Of a stretch of 64,000 nucleotides of DNA, positions 49,060 to 63,501 are shown piece by piece. Location: assembly GCA_965113315.1 (NCBI GenBank), contig OZ220382.1, one strand, 5' to 3'. Source of the stretch: Podarcis vaucheri. Lineage: Eukaryota. A program made the translations under genes and the position numbers. Below the pieces are notes generated by a model, which saw only the letters and a program-made list of their open reading frames with translations, was not told where the DNA came from and did no database searches. The first letter of the stretch is position 1. Each line of letters begins with the position of its first letter.

Positions 49060-49999
49060 TATTTGCATTCAAAGCATTGGAGGAAAAACTCCACCTTTGG
49101 TCTCATGTTGCTCCTTATGCCTCCCATAAGCCTTTGTCATGCCACTTCTTCCCTTCTCTTCAAATGGTTCTTCTAATCCCAACTTTTCCCTGAAGCCGCA
49201 AGCTCTTAGTCCCTATCCTGAAATGAAGCCTAAAGTGTTCTTTCCCTTCCTATCCTTGCTTCCCTTTCCTCCCTTCCCTATGTTAAACGTAAGATTGGAA
49301 GGTGCTTTTAATACTCTACAAAGTGTCATGTACATTGATGCCACTACAGAAATAATAGTATTAGGATATTTAGCTCTCTGCAAATAAGAACATTAGAATC
49401 ATCTGTTTCAGAAGACAATGTTGTGCCATTGAACCTGAATCTCCCATGTTTCTATAGTTGCTTCTGTTAGCTAACCGGAGAGTGGTTCACCTCTGAGGAT
49501 GTTCCAGGGCATTGTGTCATCATATAGCCACCTTTACACACATGTGATTAAGAGGAATGGCATGTGATTCTGGCTTCTTTCATTTTACAAAATAAGACCA
49601 GAAAGTACAGGGAACATTTATAAAGGGACTTAGTTACATAAATTACATTACACAGAAACAGTGATTTGAGTCATGTATGTACTTGTTTAAAACTACTACC
49701 TCTGCTGTCCTTCTTTCTGATGTTTGTTTTTTGTTTATGGTTGTTATGGTAATATTATGAATTCTTTTTTAATTGATATCCCTGGGACTTGGTTTCATGA
49801 CCTAGGGGACAAACAGTTACTATGGGAGATGGCTGAATGAGGCAGTCATTAGCAGAGGACGCTATGGGGGGGGCATTACTGGAGCTTGGAGGCAGGCAAA
49901 TAAATGTAACACCACCCTGATGATGTTCAGGAGTTTGTATCAGATACACCTCAAATAATTACTGCTGCTTAATGCAAAGGTGGGGGGAAATATACGATC

Positions 50000-50570
50000 A
50001 TGTTTTTAAGTGTTCTTACTCATCCTTCATCATAAAAGTCCTGGGGTGGGTTACAATAAAATGAAACAAAACACAAAAAACATCTAAAATCAGAAGAATG
50101 CCCCCCCCCATATAGATATCACAAGAGTTAAAGCGCAGGATAAAAAAGTTCATATTCAATTTAGGGGCTTCCACAGAGAATGCCCTCTCTCATGTCACTA
50201 CCCACCCCAATTTCCAAGGATGGTGGAACTAGCAAGAGAGCCCCCTCTCCTGAACTCAACCCAAGAGGGTTTGTAGGGTAGGAGACAGTTGTTCAGGTAT
50301 CTGTGGCCTTAATTGCTTAGGGCTTTAAATGCTAATATTAATATGAGCATCTTGAATTTGCCTGGAAGTGAACCGGCAACCTGTGCAGCTGTTTTAAAAC
50401 AGGGATTATATGAATTTCAAATGGAATCTTGGCCAGTACTGGTCTCTGTATTTTGGACGAGTTTCTGAGTCATCCTCAGGGGCAGCCCCACGTAAAGCAC
50501 ACTGCAATAATCCAGCCTGGAAGTTACCAGTAGAGTGGCCAAGTCATCTCTGTCCAAAAGTGACTGTAGC
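50000..50570 (-). mobile_element. L2-clade LINE 3' fragment
   Basis: Minus strand LVTSRLDYCSVLYVGLPLRMTQKLVQN is the L2 'SRLDYCN' motif. Confidence 0.8.
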
Positions 50571-52976
50571 TGGCAACAGATAATGTCACCATGGACAGCA
50601 ATTTATCGTAATGCAGAATTTGAAAAGAAAGAACTACTGGACAATGTGCAGTTTTGGATATTGAAATCAAAAATATATTAAAAGTTAGTAAATCAAATGT
50701 GATATGAGTGAAGCCAGATGTCATTTCTTTAGTATCTTCAGATAAAGCAGTTGTTAAACCATTCACTGGCACAACACAGATCCCTAACAGAGTGTACTGT
50801 GTTTGAAAACTTATTTTCAGGTGACCAAACGTGAGGAGTATTATGTATGATATATAACATTATCTCTAATTTGGAAATAGTAAAAAAGCCAAAACTCCCC
50901 AAAATGGGAGACAGACCTATTGAGGCTTAAAGATTATATGTGGAGTCAAGTTTATTGACAACTTCATAAGTTTGTAGTTTCCTTGGTAGCTATCATCTGC
51001 CCAAATAATAACTGATCCTGCATATGTGGGAGTCATATTAGATTCTGCCTATTGCCACTGTCTGCATTTGCAGAACAATAGGGAGACACTGAGAAGGCAC
51101 TGTTGTTAAGGTTGGTCTATTACCTCCTGAGTGTGTCAGTTGATCAAGTCCAGGTCTCCATGTTCAACAGAGGCCAATCAGATGTCTGCAGGAAGATCAC
51201 AAACAGGATGTAATAGAAGCACGTATCCCCTGATTACTTTGCCTCCACTTGTGAACATGGAGGTACTTTGTTTCGGTGTCATGTCTAACAGCCATTGAGA
51301 GACTTATTCTCCATTAATTTGACTAACCTGTTTTTACTGTGCCGCACTATGCATGTTTACTCAGAAGGCCCATTGTGTCCAGTGGAGCTTACTCTAGGCA
51401 AGTGCATATAGGATTATGTAAAAGGAATGGTGAATTCCACATGTCAGCATTGTGCTGCTTGAAAAAAATACTCTTTTGTCACTGTGTTTCAGCTCTGTAT
51501 CACCACTTTCAGGTTAACAGGAGTACAGTACTTTTGTTCTAAATTCAGAACTTAAAGCAAAGGGGCAGTTCTGTGTGGCATAAGACCCTCCTGATGTTTA
51601 CTCTTTGCTCATGATGGTAAGCACAAAATTGGGGGGGGTGTCATCACATTGTGGCATTGTGTGTTCAAGCTAACATTCTTGAACGCTGTTATCCTGTAAT
51701 AAAGGTATTGAAGGGTGACACCTTTTAGGCAATGGGGTGAATCTTGTGGAAACAGTACTGTGCTGCTTCCCTCCTTTCCTTCAAAAAAGGAGCTCGCATA
51801 TCTGCAGCTGCTATTTGAGCATTTTCAAGCCAGCTGGTCTGCTTCTCAACTCTATTAATCAATGGGCATGTTTCCAGTGACATGGCGTGATGCGATCTGG
51901 ATCCTCAACAGGATACTTTTCCTGATCCCTACAGCCTACAGATCATTGACTGTTCTGTGATGAGGGATGTAGGGCATCGCCAGAGTCAGTGAATTTCTTT
52001 TCTTTCTCAGGCATCTCAAACTTATTTAAGTATGAGGAGGAAGAACAGCAAGTAAGTGTCCTGGTGTACCCTTCCTGCTGAGAGTTGCATTTCCCACAAA
52101 TTCCCTTGTTATTCAATTTAGCAGCCACAGACTCCCTTCTGCCAAGTTACCTCCTCCTCATGTATGCTATACCTATCTGTTGATTAATTGAATTGCAGGG
52201 TGTCAGAACATGGTGCTTCCTTCCCCCAGGTGATTATTTGCCTGAGTTCATGATACACTAATGAATGCTGCTATACTGCCCACATATCCTAAGAGTCTGG
52301 CTTAAATAACAATGGGAAAGTGTTTGTGTAGATGGAAAATATTTTTTGCCTATGGAAGCAGCTGCCCATGAGCTCACTCTCTGGAAAGCATCCTGATAGC
52401 TTCTCATCTTATGGAGCCTCCCCCCACCCCTGTCCTCTTCTCTGCACAGTAGCACGTTTAGGAGCCAGGAGTTTAGAAAACTAACCCATGGAGTGCTTTC
52501 TTTGGCATCCTTGGATCTGCCTGTTGCAAAAGAGACATTTCAGGCAGTCCTGTCCTTTCTAGGGAATGCACCACTGTTAGGAAATGTACTTTATTTCAGG
52601 ACAGTCTCTTTACACAAAATAAGTATCCTTAGCTCCATAAATCCCCTTGGAACAGAAATTCTAGCTGGAAGAATTGGAAGAAAGATAGCCTTCTTGTACA
52701 AAGACCATCAGTTCTCCATAAAGCACTTAATGTACTCTATAAAGTATGTTAATCAGAGTAGATTCACTGAAAGTAATGGACCTAAATTAGTCATGTTCAT
52801 TAGGTTCAGTGTGTCTACTCTGAATAAGACTAACAGTGGACTCAGCCCTAAGTCTGTAAATAAAATGTGGTATTTCTTCATTTAAGTGGCTTTAATACAT
52901 TTTAAAGATTATGGGGTAGAAACCTGATTTAAATATGTACTCCATTGCTGTGGAAGGCAGAGAAAGATGCTCCAAG

Positions 52977-53163
52977 CATAGGAGCCAACTCCTAGGGGCT
53001 GAGGTCCCTTTGCTCCCCCCTAAAATATTTGAGGGGGCTGCCCCTCCCCAAGTTGATAAGCATTGCCATTCAAATGGTGTGCAAGCGCTGTGTCTTGTGA
53101 TTGATTATGCAGGACATAACTTTCCTGGGCCACCCCAATTTTTTGTTCAAGCTGGCACCCCTG
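52977..53163. mobile_element. Probable DNA-transposon MITE
   Basis: Imperfect TIR CATAGGAGCCAAC / GCTGGCACCCCTG with internal hairpins. Confidence 0.55.
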
Positions 53164-53277
53164 GCTACAAGTAAGACAATATGGCGTTCATAATAAAAAG
53201 TTGGTTGTTGAGGGTACAAATGCAAGAACAGCCATATCAACCCCATAACAGTCATGTGATAGAAGTTGTGCTGCAAG

Positions 53278-53311
53278 CCCTAACCCTAACCCTAACCCTA
53301 ACCCTAACCCT
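53278..53311 (-). repeat. Short interstitial telomeric repeat (TTAGGG)5.7
   Basis: (CCCTAA)5 CCCT on the + strand, perfect. Confidence 0.95.
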
Positions 53312-56301
53312 CATCACCAGGCAGGGATTTGAGCCTGGGTTCCCCACATCAGAACTAGCATACACAGTAAAGGCACCCCAGCTTTTAAACTTCTTGGTAG
53401 CAGTAAATATATTATTTGTAATATCCTTATCAGGAGATGTTGCATGGCATACTTTGAATCTAGAATGGGGCAGTGTTTCCTTTGACCATTAGCTGTTCAT
53501 CATTGCACTAGATATCTGATGGGAAGAAACAGGGCCTGCACCACTTGTAACTTGTTGAATGCAAGCTACCACCTGTGTGTTGTGGTTTGCTTCACAAACA
53601 CACCTGCTTCTACAGTCTCAAGCAGATGGAGGAAACAAGAAAGTTATGCTTTACCCGCCTGTGATTTCGAAGGGGTCCCCGCTTCGTTGATTTAGATTAG
53701 TGTTCTATATTTTCCATCTTCTCATTCCAATGTAGCTTCAGCTGCTTATTTATTATCTTTGACTTTATTTTGACAGATAATATGTACCTCTTTGCTAATT
53801 TTTTCTTGGGACAGACATACGTTAATTTTACAGTTACTTCACTTGCTGTGTATCTAGCTGAGTTTTTATATTAATGTATTTTCATTCTGTAAAGTTTTAT
53901 ACTTCCCCCATCATTTAACCTACAGTATAACACTTCTAGATTTTGCTGCTATACCACCACACACACTTTTATCTAGCCAGAAGAAAAAGCAGAAGCAGAA
54001 TATCAGAAATGAGAAGAAACACTAGAGAAAACATTTGCTAATTTTTTGGAAAGCACAAACTATTTCCATACTTTTGGGCAACAGTTTGGGAATAAGATAT
54101 TTTTCTCTATCCACAGTCACTTGCTGTTGTGTCCCCTTGGTTCATTACTGACTTTTATTTGTAAAGAAATTATTGTCCCAGCTAGGAATTCAGTTAAATT
54201 TTACTCTGGGTCAGCAAGGCAACAATTACAAAAAATATGACCTGTTCGTGCATGGTTTCACAGGTCTTTTGTTTTTTCCAACCACACATAATTTAAAGCT
54301 TTTGGAAATTGAGCTTACCATCTCAGACTTCTTTAGGTGGGTGTTCCCAGGTCTGTATGCCAACGAGAAAGACTACCCACACAAGATGTTGCCACTGTAA
54401 CATTTCCTGCTGGCTATATTTCCTTTCACACCAGAGTTACAGGTGTTGGGGGTGGATGTTTTTACTTCCATGACAGCTTTAGTGCAGCTCTAGAAACCAT
54501 ATGAAGCATCTGCCTGCTTAGTTCAGCTGCAGTTTCACCCTCATGGGAGTATTTAAGGTGCTCTGAAATACTTAATACATTCTTTTTCTACCGAGTGTTC
54601 CAAAGTTACCAATTTTAGCCTGCCTGTACTGGTCACACTTAATTGTAGTGAATGTTCAAAAACTTCCATCACATCCAATTCCACCACCATCATTCTGTTC
54701 TCTTTTTCCTCATTTCCATATTCTTTTGTCAAGTTTCAGTGTCCCCAAATATCCCCCCCCCAAAGGAACCATGAGTGGTGTAGAACTCATAAATTTTTTG
54801 TAATATGTAGCTTAGCTGTTATTTGTCAGGAATAAAACAGAGCAAATGAAATAATTTTTATTCTTAAAGATGGACATAATTGCTTCATATCTCAGAATTG
54901 TTTTAACTATCCATTTATTGCAGTTGTTGTACTAACAGAACAAAAATGTAGTTAAAGGGAACACACATTGGTTTCTTATGAAGTCATGCAGTATTAGGGC
55001 ACATTTGGTAACGATACTGGTTCTAAAGAGCACGTTGTCCTGAAGAGCATCTAAGTAGTGATGTTGCCTTTGAAAGCAAACAGTGAGTTATTTCCAGTAT
55101 GTAAAATCATCGACTAACAGGCAAGCTTCTATACAGGTTGCACAGGCATTATGAAAGTGGTGAAATTGTTGAGCAAACCTGTAACAGCTCAGGCAGGAAT
55201 GGGAACCAGCAACATAGGAATATATATTTTTATTACCTATTGAGGAAAGTTTCAAAACCTCCAGCTACAAGAAATCATTGGCTGTGAGAGCTGCTGTGTA
55301 TTCTTCTGACCCCCCACCACACATTAAGGAAGTTCTGCAAGCTGGTTACATATTAAGGGGTTGTCTGAAAATGCTAAAATACATCGAATTTGTGGGAACA
55401 AGTGCCAAATTGCTAGATAAAAAACCAGTTCCTGGATTCTGAAGGATTTTTTTTTTAAGTTTCCCTGAAGAATCAGCATTGAAATGTTGGAAGAAGTGGT
55501 ATATCCACAAATATAAAATCAGTGAAATCAAGTTCATTTGACAAAATGCAGAAAATGCAGTTCTTCATGCCAGAAGGGAAAATGCAACAGGCACATGCAG
55601 TTCTCATCCATGACTTGGAACTTGGCGACATGAAGTGGTCTTTTTAATGTCAGAGTTACTGTCTGCCTCCAACCAGGGAAAGCAGCAATTTCAGTATTCC
55701 CATGCTTTGTCTTGCAGCTTTTGATCGCTTAAACTATAACAGTGCAAAATACAGAACGAAGTATCATGCTTAAATTAATCCACGTCACACACTAGGTTGA
55801 GTTAAGAAAATGAATGTCGATTCAGTTGGAAGAAGGACTGTTAAGATGAAAGTACACAGAAATTGCAAAAGGGCCCAAGGGCCCACTGTTTCCTCAGGTG
55901 TGCTGCATGCTGGGAGGAGAAGAAAAAACAAAGTAAGAATGGCTTTCAGAAATAATTTTCTCAGGAGAAAACACTTTTTCAGCCAAAAATGAAATAGCTG
56001 CTAGAGAGTATCTTGAACCCCGCTATCCAAAAGGACTAGACCAAGCATGTTTAAACAACCTGTATGATTTGTTACATGGACCTGTGGATTTGTGTTTTAA
56101 AACATGCTTTTATCCTAGATGAAAAGATGTGGCTGCTCCCTGACTCACCATTTGCTTTTCTTGGGATTATTCTAGTATGAGTATGTAGACAGAGTATCAC
56201 TTCACACTGTGTCACTAGGGTTACTGTGACACCTAGAATGCAAGCATCAACTCTTCTTCAATAAAGGTGCCCAGTTAGATGTGTCTTCCATCATTCTATA
56301 T

Positions 56302-56561
56302 CATGGGTAGGCAAGCTAAGGCCTGGGGGCCGGATGTGGCCCAATCGCCTTCTCAATCCGGCCCGCAGACGGTCCGGGAATCAGTGTGTTTTTACATGAG
56401 TAGAATGTGTGCTTTTATTTAAAATGCACCTCTGGGTTACCTGTGGGGCATAGGAATTAGTTCGTTCTTTCTTTTTCAAAATATAGTCCGGGCCCCCACA
56501 AGGTCTGAGGGACAATGGACCAGCCCCCCCCCCCCCCGCTGAAAAAGTTTGCTTACCTATA
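56302..56561 (-). mobile_element. hAT-Charlie-like element, same family as 25249
   Basis: Reverse-complement match (CATGGGTAGGCAA...TTTTACATGAGTAGAATGTG...GCTGAAAAAGTTTGCT). Confidence 0.8.
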
Positions 56562-57607
56562 TGGTTCAATATGGTTGAAGAGGACAGATAATTCTGGTTT
56601 GTTGGAGGACAAGAGAAAAGAGCCAGGAAAAGCCCAGTTATGCAGGAGGACCTTCCCAGGGGAAAAAAGAAGTGCTCCAGAATCCAGACTGATAGGATTC
56701 TTACTCACATTGGATTTTTACAATGATCAAATACACATGTTGAACACAGAAAAACAACATGTGTATTTACCCTAAAGTTGCAATTCTAAGCATGCTTGTG
56801 GGGAGAATGTTGAATGTGACTCACATGAAAGAAGGGAATATATTTCCAAGAAGTATTTTGAGTAAATGGTATGTTGTGTATTTTTCAAATATTTAACAAC
56901 TCTGTTGAGCCGCTTGACTTTCCTTCAGTTCCCATTACTTCTTGTGAAATTAAATCATTTAGGATTATAGGTCGCAATCCCAAAACATTGCTGGATGTTA
57001 AATAACACATGAGAAAAATTCATCTGCAGGAATGAATTTCAGTTTCCCAGGTGGGAAAATGATTTTTAAAAAATATTTGGAAATTCAAAATATTGGGTTA
57101 TATTTGGTTCGATTATAAGCAGATTACATTGACATAAACTATTCACCCCCAAAATGTTCTGTGCATTTATTTTCTACATGTGTTCTTGCATTAAGTTATA
57201 ATAGCATGTTAATTATTATCAGTGATCCTTGAAAGCTTCCCTATATTGTCCAGGCCTGGAGGTTTTTTGCTTGAGATGTGCCCTATTCAGTATTTTGTGA
57301 TGGCTTGCCTCTACTCTGAGGGGGACGGAATTTACATTTGACTCTCTCACAGCTGCTGTTCCTGTTATTTTAGTCTTTGGAATTTATCATGATAGTTTGA
57401 TGTTTTAAAACCCCACAAGTGTAGCTTTAGGAGCAAGCACAATTCGTTTCTGAAATCTTAGTGTGTTCTTTTCCAAGGCAGGGCAAGAAAACACAAAAAA
57501 GTATTTAATCATAACTGCATTCTCTCTCAAAAAACAAAAAGATGAAGCTACCTTCTGTGAGTGGATCTCCCAATTTTCTGATATTTTCTCCTTTCCTATC
57601 AGTACCA

Positions 57608-57746
57608 CATGGGCATAGCCAAGGAGGGCAAGGGGGCACTTGTCGCCCCCCCCCCGAAGCCTGACCCCCACAATGGGATTTTGGGGGGAATTTTACCTCA
57701 ACAACTTTCTGTGTCCCCCGCGAAAAAAATCCTGGTTAAGCCCATG
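57608..57746. mobile_element. Probable MITE
   Basis: TIR CATGGGCATAGCCAAG / CCTGGTTAAGCCCATG. Confidence 0.55.
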
Positions 57747-59651
57747 AACCAACCCCTTTCAGTAGGGTTCCATACTATTCAGGAACAGACATAGTCATAT
57801 CAGTAAGTGCAGAGATTAAAAGCTTAAGAAAAAGGAATGTTGTTACAAACTTCTAAAAAGCAGCCAGGAGATGGAATTCTGAAGACCAGGTGCCATAGCT
57901 GAGAAGACTCAAGAGTTAGCATCTCAAAACAAGCAGTGATTACCATCCACAAAACAAGGTTTTGTGAAGCTGCCTAAGGTTTCCTAGTATGAATACCATG
58001 GGGTTGGACTTCTCAACAGCTGTAGTGTCATTCCATCCATTGAGAGTTTGGGTTTTCTAAATGTTTCATTTGACAACAGCTGCCTCTGTGTGCATACTGC
58101 CCACTTGCAAATGCTGCTCATTCACATATACAGTTGTCAGTGTATTATGTTCCATAAGGAGCAATTGAGCTTGAAAGCACAAGGGAGTTATATAGAAATG
58201 TTTTAACTTGAGCTAGCAGGAAACTATAATAATTATGAAGCTATGTAGTAAAAAAAAATATCAGTTCCATTTCAGAGAATGGCACAATCTCAACAGACTG
58301 CATGGAGAAGACAACATGAAGATGTTATATTACCCAAGACCTTATAACAATGTTTTACAACATGGTTTTGCAGTACAAATGTCAAAGTCTGTAACTATTT
58401 AATAAATAATACCACACTCCCAAATTAAAAGTAGTGTTTTAAGCTGTGAGGTTCTCAACAAAATAGGCAAAATAACATATTGTAGGGCAGCGATGAGAAA
58501 ACTTTTCCAGCCTATGGGCTGCATTTCACTCTGGGCAACTTTCCAGGGGCCACATGCCAGTCACAAGTGGTTCAGAAGTAAATGTTGTTGGAGCAACTCG
58601 TGTACATTTTACCTTTGTACAGTAGTCTAGTGTCTACATACCGTCACAGATCTCTCTCTATCCCTCAGCCAGGGAAGGAAGAGGCATTATCAGTATTCAA
58701 AGATACATTCCAGGCAGGCAGAAACATGCATGGAAGATACGAAACAGGGACAGTAAGTGACCTGAGGGGAGTCCTGGGGACCAGATAGAGATGCTTGGAG
58801 GGCCACATTCAGCTCTGGACTTGAGGTTTCCCACCCCTGATGTAATGGAATTGTTAGAACTTTGCGGCAAAGCTTGAAATGTGGAAATAACAAGCTTCAG
58901 TTTTGGATTATATTACATGGTTTCCTGCATGCCACTTTCCACTCGTAGAGGTTTTTCTTTGGACAAACACAAAGAGGAGGTGTGGGGAAAGGAGAGGAAA
59001 CTACATGGAACATTTTCCTGGACAATTTGGGAAGGATTGGGCTTAGTGCTGCTTTTATAAGGCAGAAGCCACCAAGAGTCCTTGCCCCACTAGTTTCCTG
59101 TGTTTCTGCAAAGGCACTTTTCAGAATAATATTAGCTGCCTATGGTAATGGAAAACCAATAAATGAGTCAGGCTGGCCTAGGGCATCTAGTAGGTAACTT
59201 GAACATCCTTTCTTTCTAATACTTTCGCTCATTAAGGTTTTATTAGAATTCATCTTTTGATTAATTTTTGAAGATACCCTATTATGTTGAAACAGATTTT
59301 CCCGTACTGCTATGCCTGTGAACCATTGTAAATGTAGCAAGTCCATGTGACAGCAAAAGAAACAAATCAAATTTCATTGGGTTCCCACTCCGAACCATGA
59401 GTGCAACTCCCCCATCTTCACAGTCCTCTAGCATCCTCCCCCAGCTGTGAGCCCTCCAGACATCTTGAACTAGGCACACTTCAGTCTCAGCCACTGCAGC
59501 CAATGGTCATGGATGACAGGAGCTGTAGTTCAAAACACCAACATGAGGGAGGCTCCCTTATGTACCAAGTAGTATGGCTGACATTCAGAAAGGTAGGCAT
59601 AGCCAGGGATTTGCATAGATAGAAGTGGAATTCTTTTCTCTTTTCTTTGAA

Positions 59652-59705
59652 GTGTGTGCGTGTGTGTGTGTGTGTGCGCGCACACACGCGCGCGCACACA
59701 CATAT
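59652..59705. repeat. Alternating purine-pyrimidine TG/CG/CA compound repeat
   Basis: 54 nt of uninterrupted R-Y alternation. Confidence 0.95.
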
Positions 59706-62479
59706 CAGGAACTAATTTTGAAATATATTCTAGATTGAAGGTGATTTGGCAGAGGATCCTGCCAAGTTCAGAGTCCCCCTGAACAAGCAAAATTAGTAGC
59801 ATGGCTTTTGAATTCTGTTTTGTATCACCAAGAACCAGTGAACACTAGTACAGTTTCACCAGAAACTCACGAATTAAGGTTTTATTCCTCTTCTAACAGA
59901 ACTCCTTAGATGTTGTATGCATCACAAACTTGGGGGGCGGGCGCAGTGAAGTTAAAAATGATTGCTCTGGCAAACACAAAGCATTTATTGTTTGTTCTCC
60001 TTTATAGAGTATATGCTACTCTAGAAACATCACTCAATAGTTTCTTGTTTCATCTGGAATATACCATTTGTTTTGAACCATACAGAAAACATAGGTGTAA
60101 CATAACTACATTCTTCTCTTGATCATCATCCTGTTCACTTATTTGGTGCATGCAGACATCTCAACAATCCCCAAATATCTAAAGTGTCAAGATGAGTGGG
60201 TGGCCATAACCCACTGGCAGAGCAATTATAAAGTCCCTATCATTTCCACTTAAAAGGATCTTTGTCTCAGAGCATGGAGAGCCACTGCCATTGAGAGTAG
60301 ACGGCACCGGGCTAGTGAGTCCCAGTGGTCTGACTTGCTACAAGGTAGCTTCATATGAATTCCTTAGCATTCACACAAAGGCAAAACTAATTTGTGCTGC
60401 ACTCTCTCTCCCCCCCCCACCCCGAGAGAGAGAGAGCAGAAACTTCAGTGACTATCTCTTAAGACCATGCTTTTTAATAGCTGTACCTTTATTCCCTCAG
60501 TGACAGTAGTCACTAGCAAGATTCACTAAGGCTCACTTTTTCCCTGACTAGGGTTATGGGGTTGGATTGTTCTCAGCAGCTATAATTTTACCAACTAGCC
60601 AAATATAATGTTTCTTGGTATTTGTTGCTATCAGCAATAGAAATACTGGAAACACCCCATTTACAAAAATGTTCAAAATCAGTTTAGTTAAAAATACTAA
60701 AACACAATTTAAAATGCAATCAATAATTATACATAATTCATGCAATATCAAAGATTATGGGGGAAATATTATGGGCAGGATTCATCTAACACGCCTCACC
60801 AATGGAAGACTTGCACAAGGACTGCTTGTGCAGTGGGGCTCTCCCACTCTGTTTCCTCTGCATCCTCCCTTTGCCCCCAAATTGGCTCAGGGCAGGTTAG
60901 AATAGCCTGCAGGGCGAGGAGAGGGGAGCTGCAATGCATGCACAGATGGAACGTTCAGAAGTGCACAAAAGTTGAAGACCACCCAATAAGTTGTATCTAA
61001 TGCTATCCCTGGTCAGAGTAGACCCATTGAAATTAATGGGCATGGCTAACCTTAGACCCTTTAAACTCAATGGGTCTATTCAGAGTAGGACTTAGTTGGA
61101 TCTAACTTAATGACTATTTTGACCTGAATTACCCAAACAAGATGCAATCCTAATTTGTATTCCTATATTCAACTTCCTGGAAGATTCCCTAAGTACAAGT
61201 CAACCATGCTTTCTTTCCGCCTGCCCTTACTATGTTTCATTTATCCTTTGCAAGTTCTCACAGGTAGGCATAATTCTCTGTCATCTGTTTAAAGTGATGG
61301 TGACTCTTGGATATATCTTGCAAAAATAATAACATGCTTGTCGTTCATTTTTGAGCAAGAACCCACAAATGACTAACGCTTTCCCCATTAAATTGTGGCT
61401 TCTCCTGTTGAGTCACAAACTTAATAAATGTCTCTTCTAGCCCAGAACAGAAAACATGCAACCTCAGCATGATCACTTGCTGTATTTTACACCAAGCAAG
61501 ATCTGCAAACAATAAGATTGCTCTGAAATGATGCCAAGAATCAAATTGTGATGACAGGACTGAAAAACATTTTGGTTGTGAAAAGGGAAGCAGAATTCAA
61601 TGTGGATTTGCTTTTGGGGGGTGGTGATAGGACATTGTTTAGGTGAAGTATGCAATCCCCATCATCACTATTAATTCACTTTTAAAATGAAGGTTTGAAA
61701 TTGAATTAAGTTGAGAAATGATATTACAAGAGGAATGCGAGAGTAGATAAGCTTGTTTTCCCTTACAGTTCTTTTTTCTCTCAGTTCCCTCTGGGCCAGT
61801 CCAGACATAATTCAGACCACCTCTTGACCACGGTGAAGTTATTGGCACCTGGCTGTGAGCTGTTTCATCCCTCTTCCTTCCTTTCTATCAATTCCCCTCA
61901 ACTTTCTTTGTCAACATTAGCCAAGATGCGTAGTTATGGCATAGGCCATAGTTTATGTTAGCAGGGTTTGTCGTGAGCATGGTTAATATTAGCAATGCAC
62001 AGGTCCAAACTACTGAAAAGCTTAGCCTGGTTAGCATTCCTCAACATTAGTCTTGGTACAGATGTGCAAGCTTGATGCCAGTCCTAATTCCATGGTTAAA
62101 TTCCCTGCATTTTGTATGCACTTTGTACTACAAACTTAGTATCTACAATATTTCTCTTTTCTTGTTAAATACCAGTCCTTGGATCAAATAACACTCAATA
62201 AAATATACTGGTGCAGTGTGGTAGAAAATTTGGCCAACAGTAGCGTGCAATCCTGAACATGCTGAGATTTCAATGACTGAATAAGGGAAGAGGGTTCTCT
62301 GTGCCAAGTAGGATGAAAACTCTGTGGGCCTTTTCTTTATAATTATTCAGCTCTCATTTGTTTTTTAGTAAAATTATTCAAGTGGATAGCCAGGGGTTCC
62401 TTGATTTTTTGTTTATTGCAACCAAGTTTCCCTGTATCTTTATAAAGCACCTGATTTAACCTTCCTTCTTTAATTTCAG

Positions 62480-62617
62480 GGATTTATTTGTTGGATTTAA
62501 TCTACATTGATTCAGCATATCCTGCTTCAGGCAGCATCATGGAGAACGAACAAAGATCCAATCAAATGAACAATATCCTCCGAATAATTGCTGATTTGCA
62601 AGTCTCCTGTAGCTATG
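62480..62617 (+). CDS. RALGPS1: Ral GEF with PH domain and SH3-binding motif 1, internal exon (CDC25/RasGEF domain); absent from the ORF track
   Basis: (G)[45 protein letters not shown](D); acceptor CTTCCTTCTTTAATTTCAG|GG, donor ATG|GTTGGT; 138 nt, phase 1-1. RALGPS1 is the known host gene of ANGPTL2. Confidence 0.95.
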
Positions 62618-63501
62618 GTTGGTAATTTTCCTCTTCACCAATATTTCTTTAATATAGTAAATTAGCACCAGATGTCTGCCTCATACAAAGAGGGGCCTTA
62701 AGGGATAATGTAGATCAGGAAGCTTTGCGCTACTGAACCACTTAGCTTCTGCCAAATTAGAAAATTAGATAAAGTGATTGTTGTTCTGGCCCAGCTTAAG
62801 TCTGCAGACATGAATATATACACCCCATCTTTACCTTTTTATTACAGTCAAACTTTGCATAAATTGCATTACATTTTCGTTATGGCCAAATTCCACTTGA
62901 GAGGTTCAGTGCTTCCTATGAGCTTGTGGCCTACTCTGATTTCTAGAAAATCTTTGCCTTTTTCTGCCAGAATTAGTGGCATGGCTTTTGAATTCTCATA
63001 ATAAATAATGTAATGTAGACTTGTTCTATAGATGCAGTTTCCCTTGCAACCTGTCCTCAGACTTTTCTAGCTGTGCCTCTTTGTGTTATAATCTCCCTCC
63101 ATTTCCCTTATGAATATTATTTATATTCTGTTATTTACAGTATTTATATACCATTTATTTCATCCATTCAGGAGAGATCTAGATAACAAAAAAATGTGAT
63201 TTTCTACCAATTGTCATTTTCCACTACATATTTCCATTAAAGGTATTGTGTTCATACCTAATGAGAGAAGATTTGATCTCAATACAGTACTTACATTCTC
63301 TGCCCAATGAAATCAGATTTTTCTGAGGCTCCAGAGGGCATTAGACTTCTTTGAGGTGGCACCTCTAATGGAACTTGTAGGTAGGGCCAATCTCGAATGC
63401 ATCTCCAGTGGGAGGAGTCACTCAGACCTCCCAATGTAAGGAGCTGAACTGTTGAATGTTGCTACAGCAACTAGGGGCCCAGCCATAGGTAGTTTAGGCT
63501 T

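Noticed and set aside
52493-52885. 130-aa ORF and the other 60-130 aa ORFs in the track
   Set aside because: No recognisable domains, mostly non-ATG starts, and lengths expected by chance in intronic DNA.
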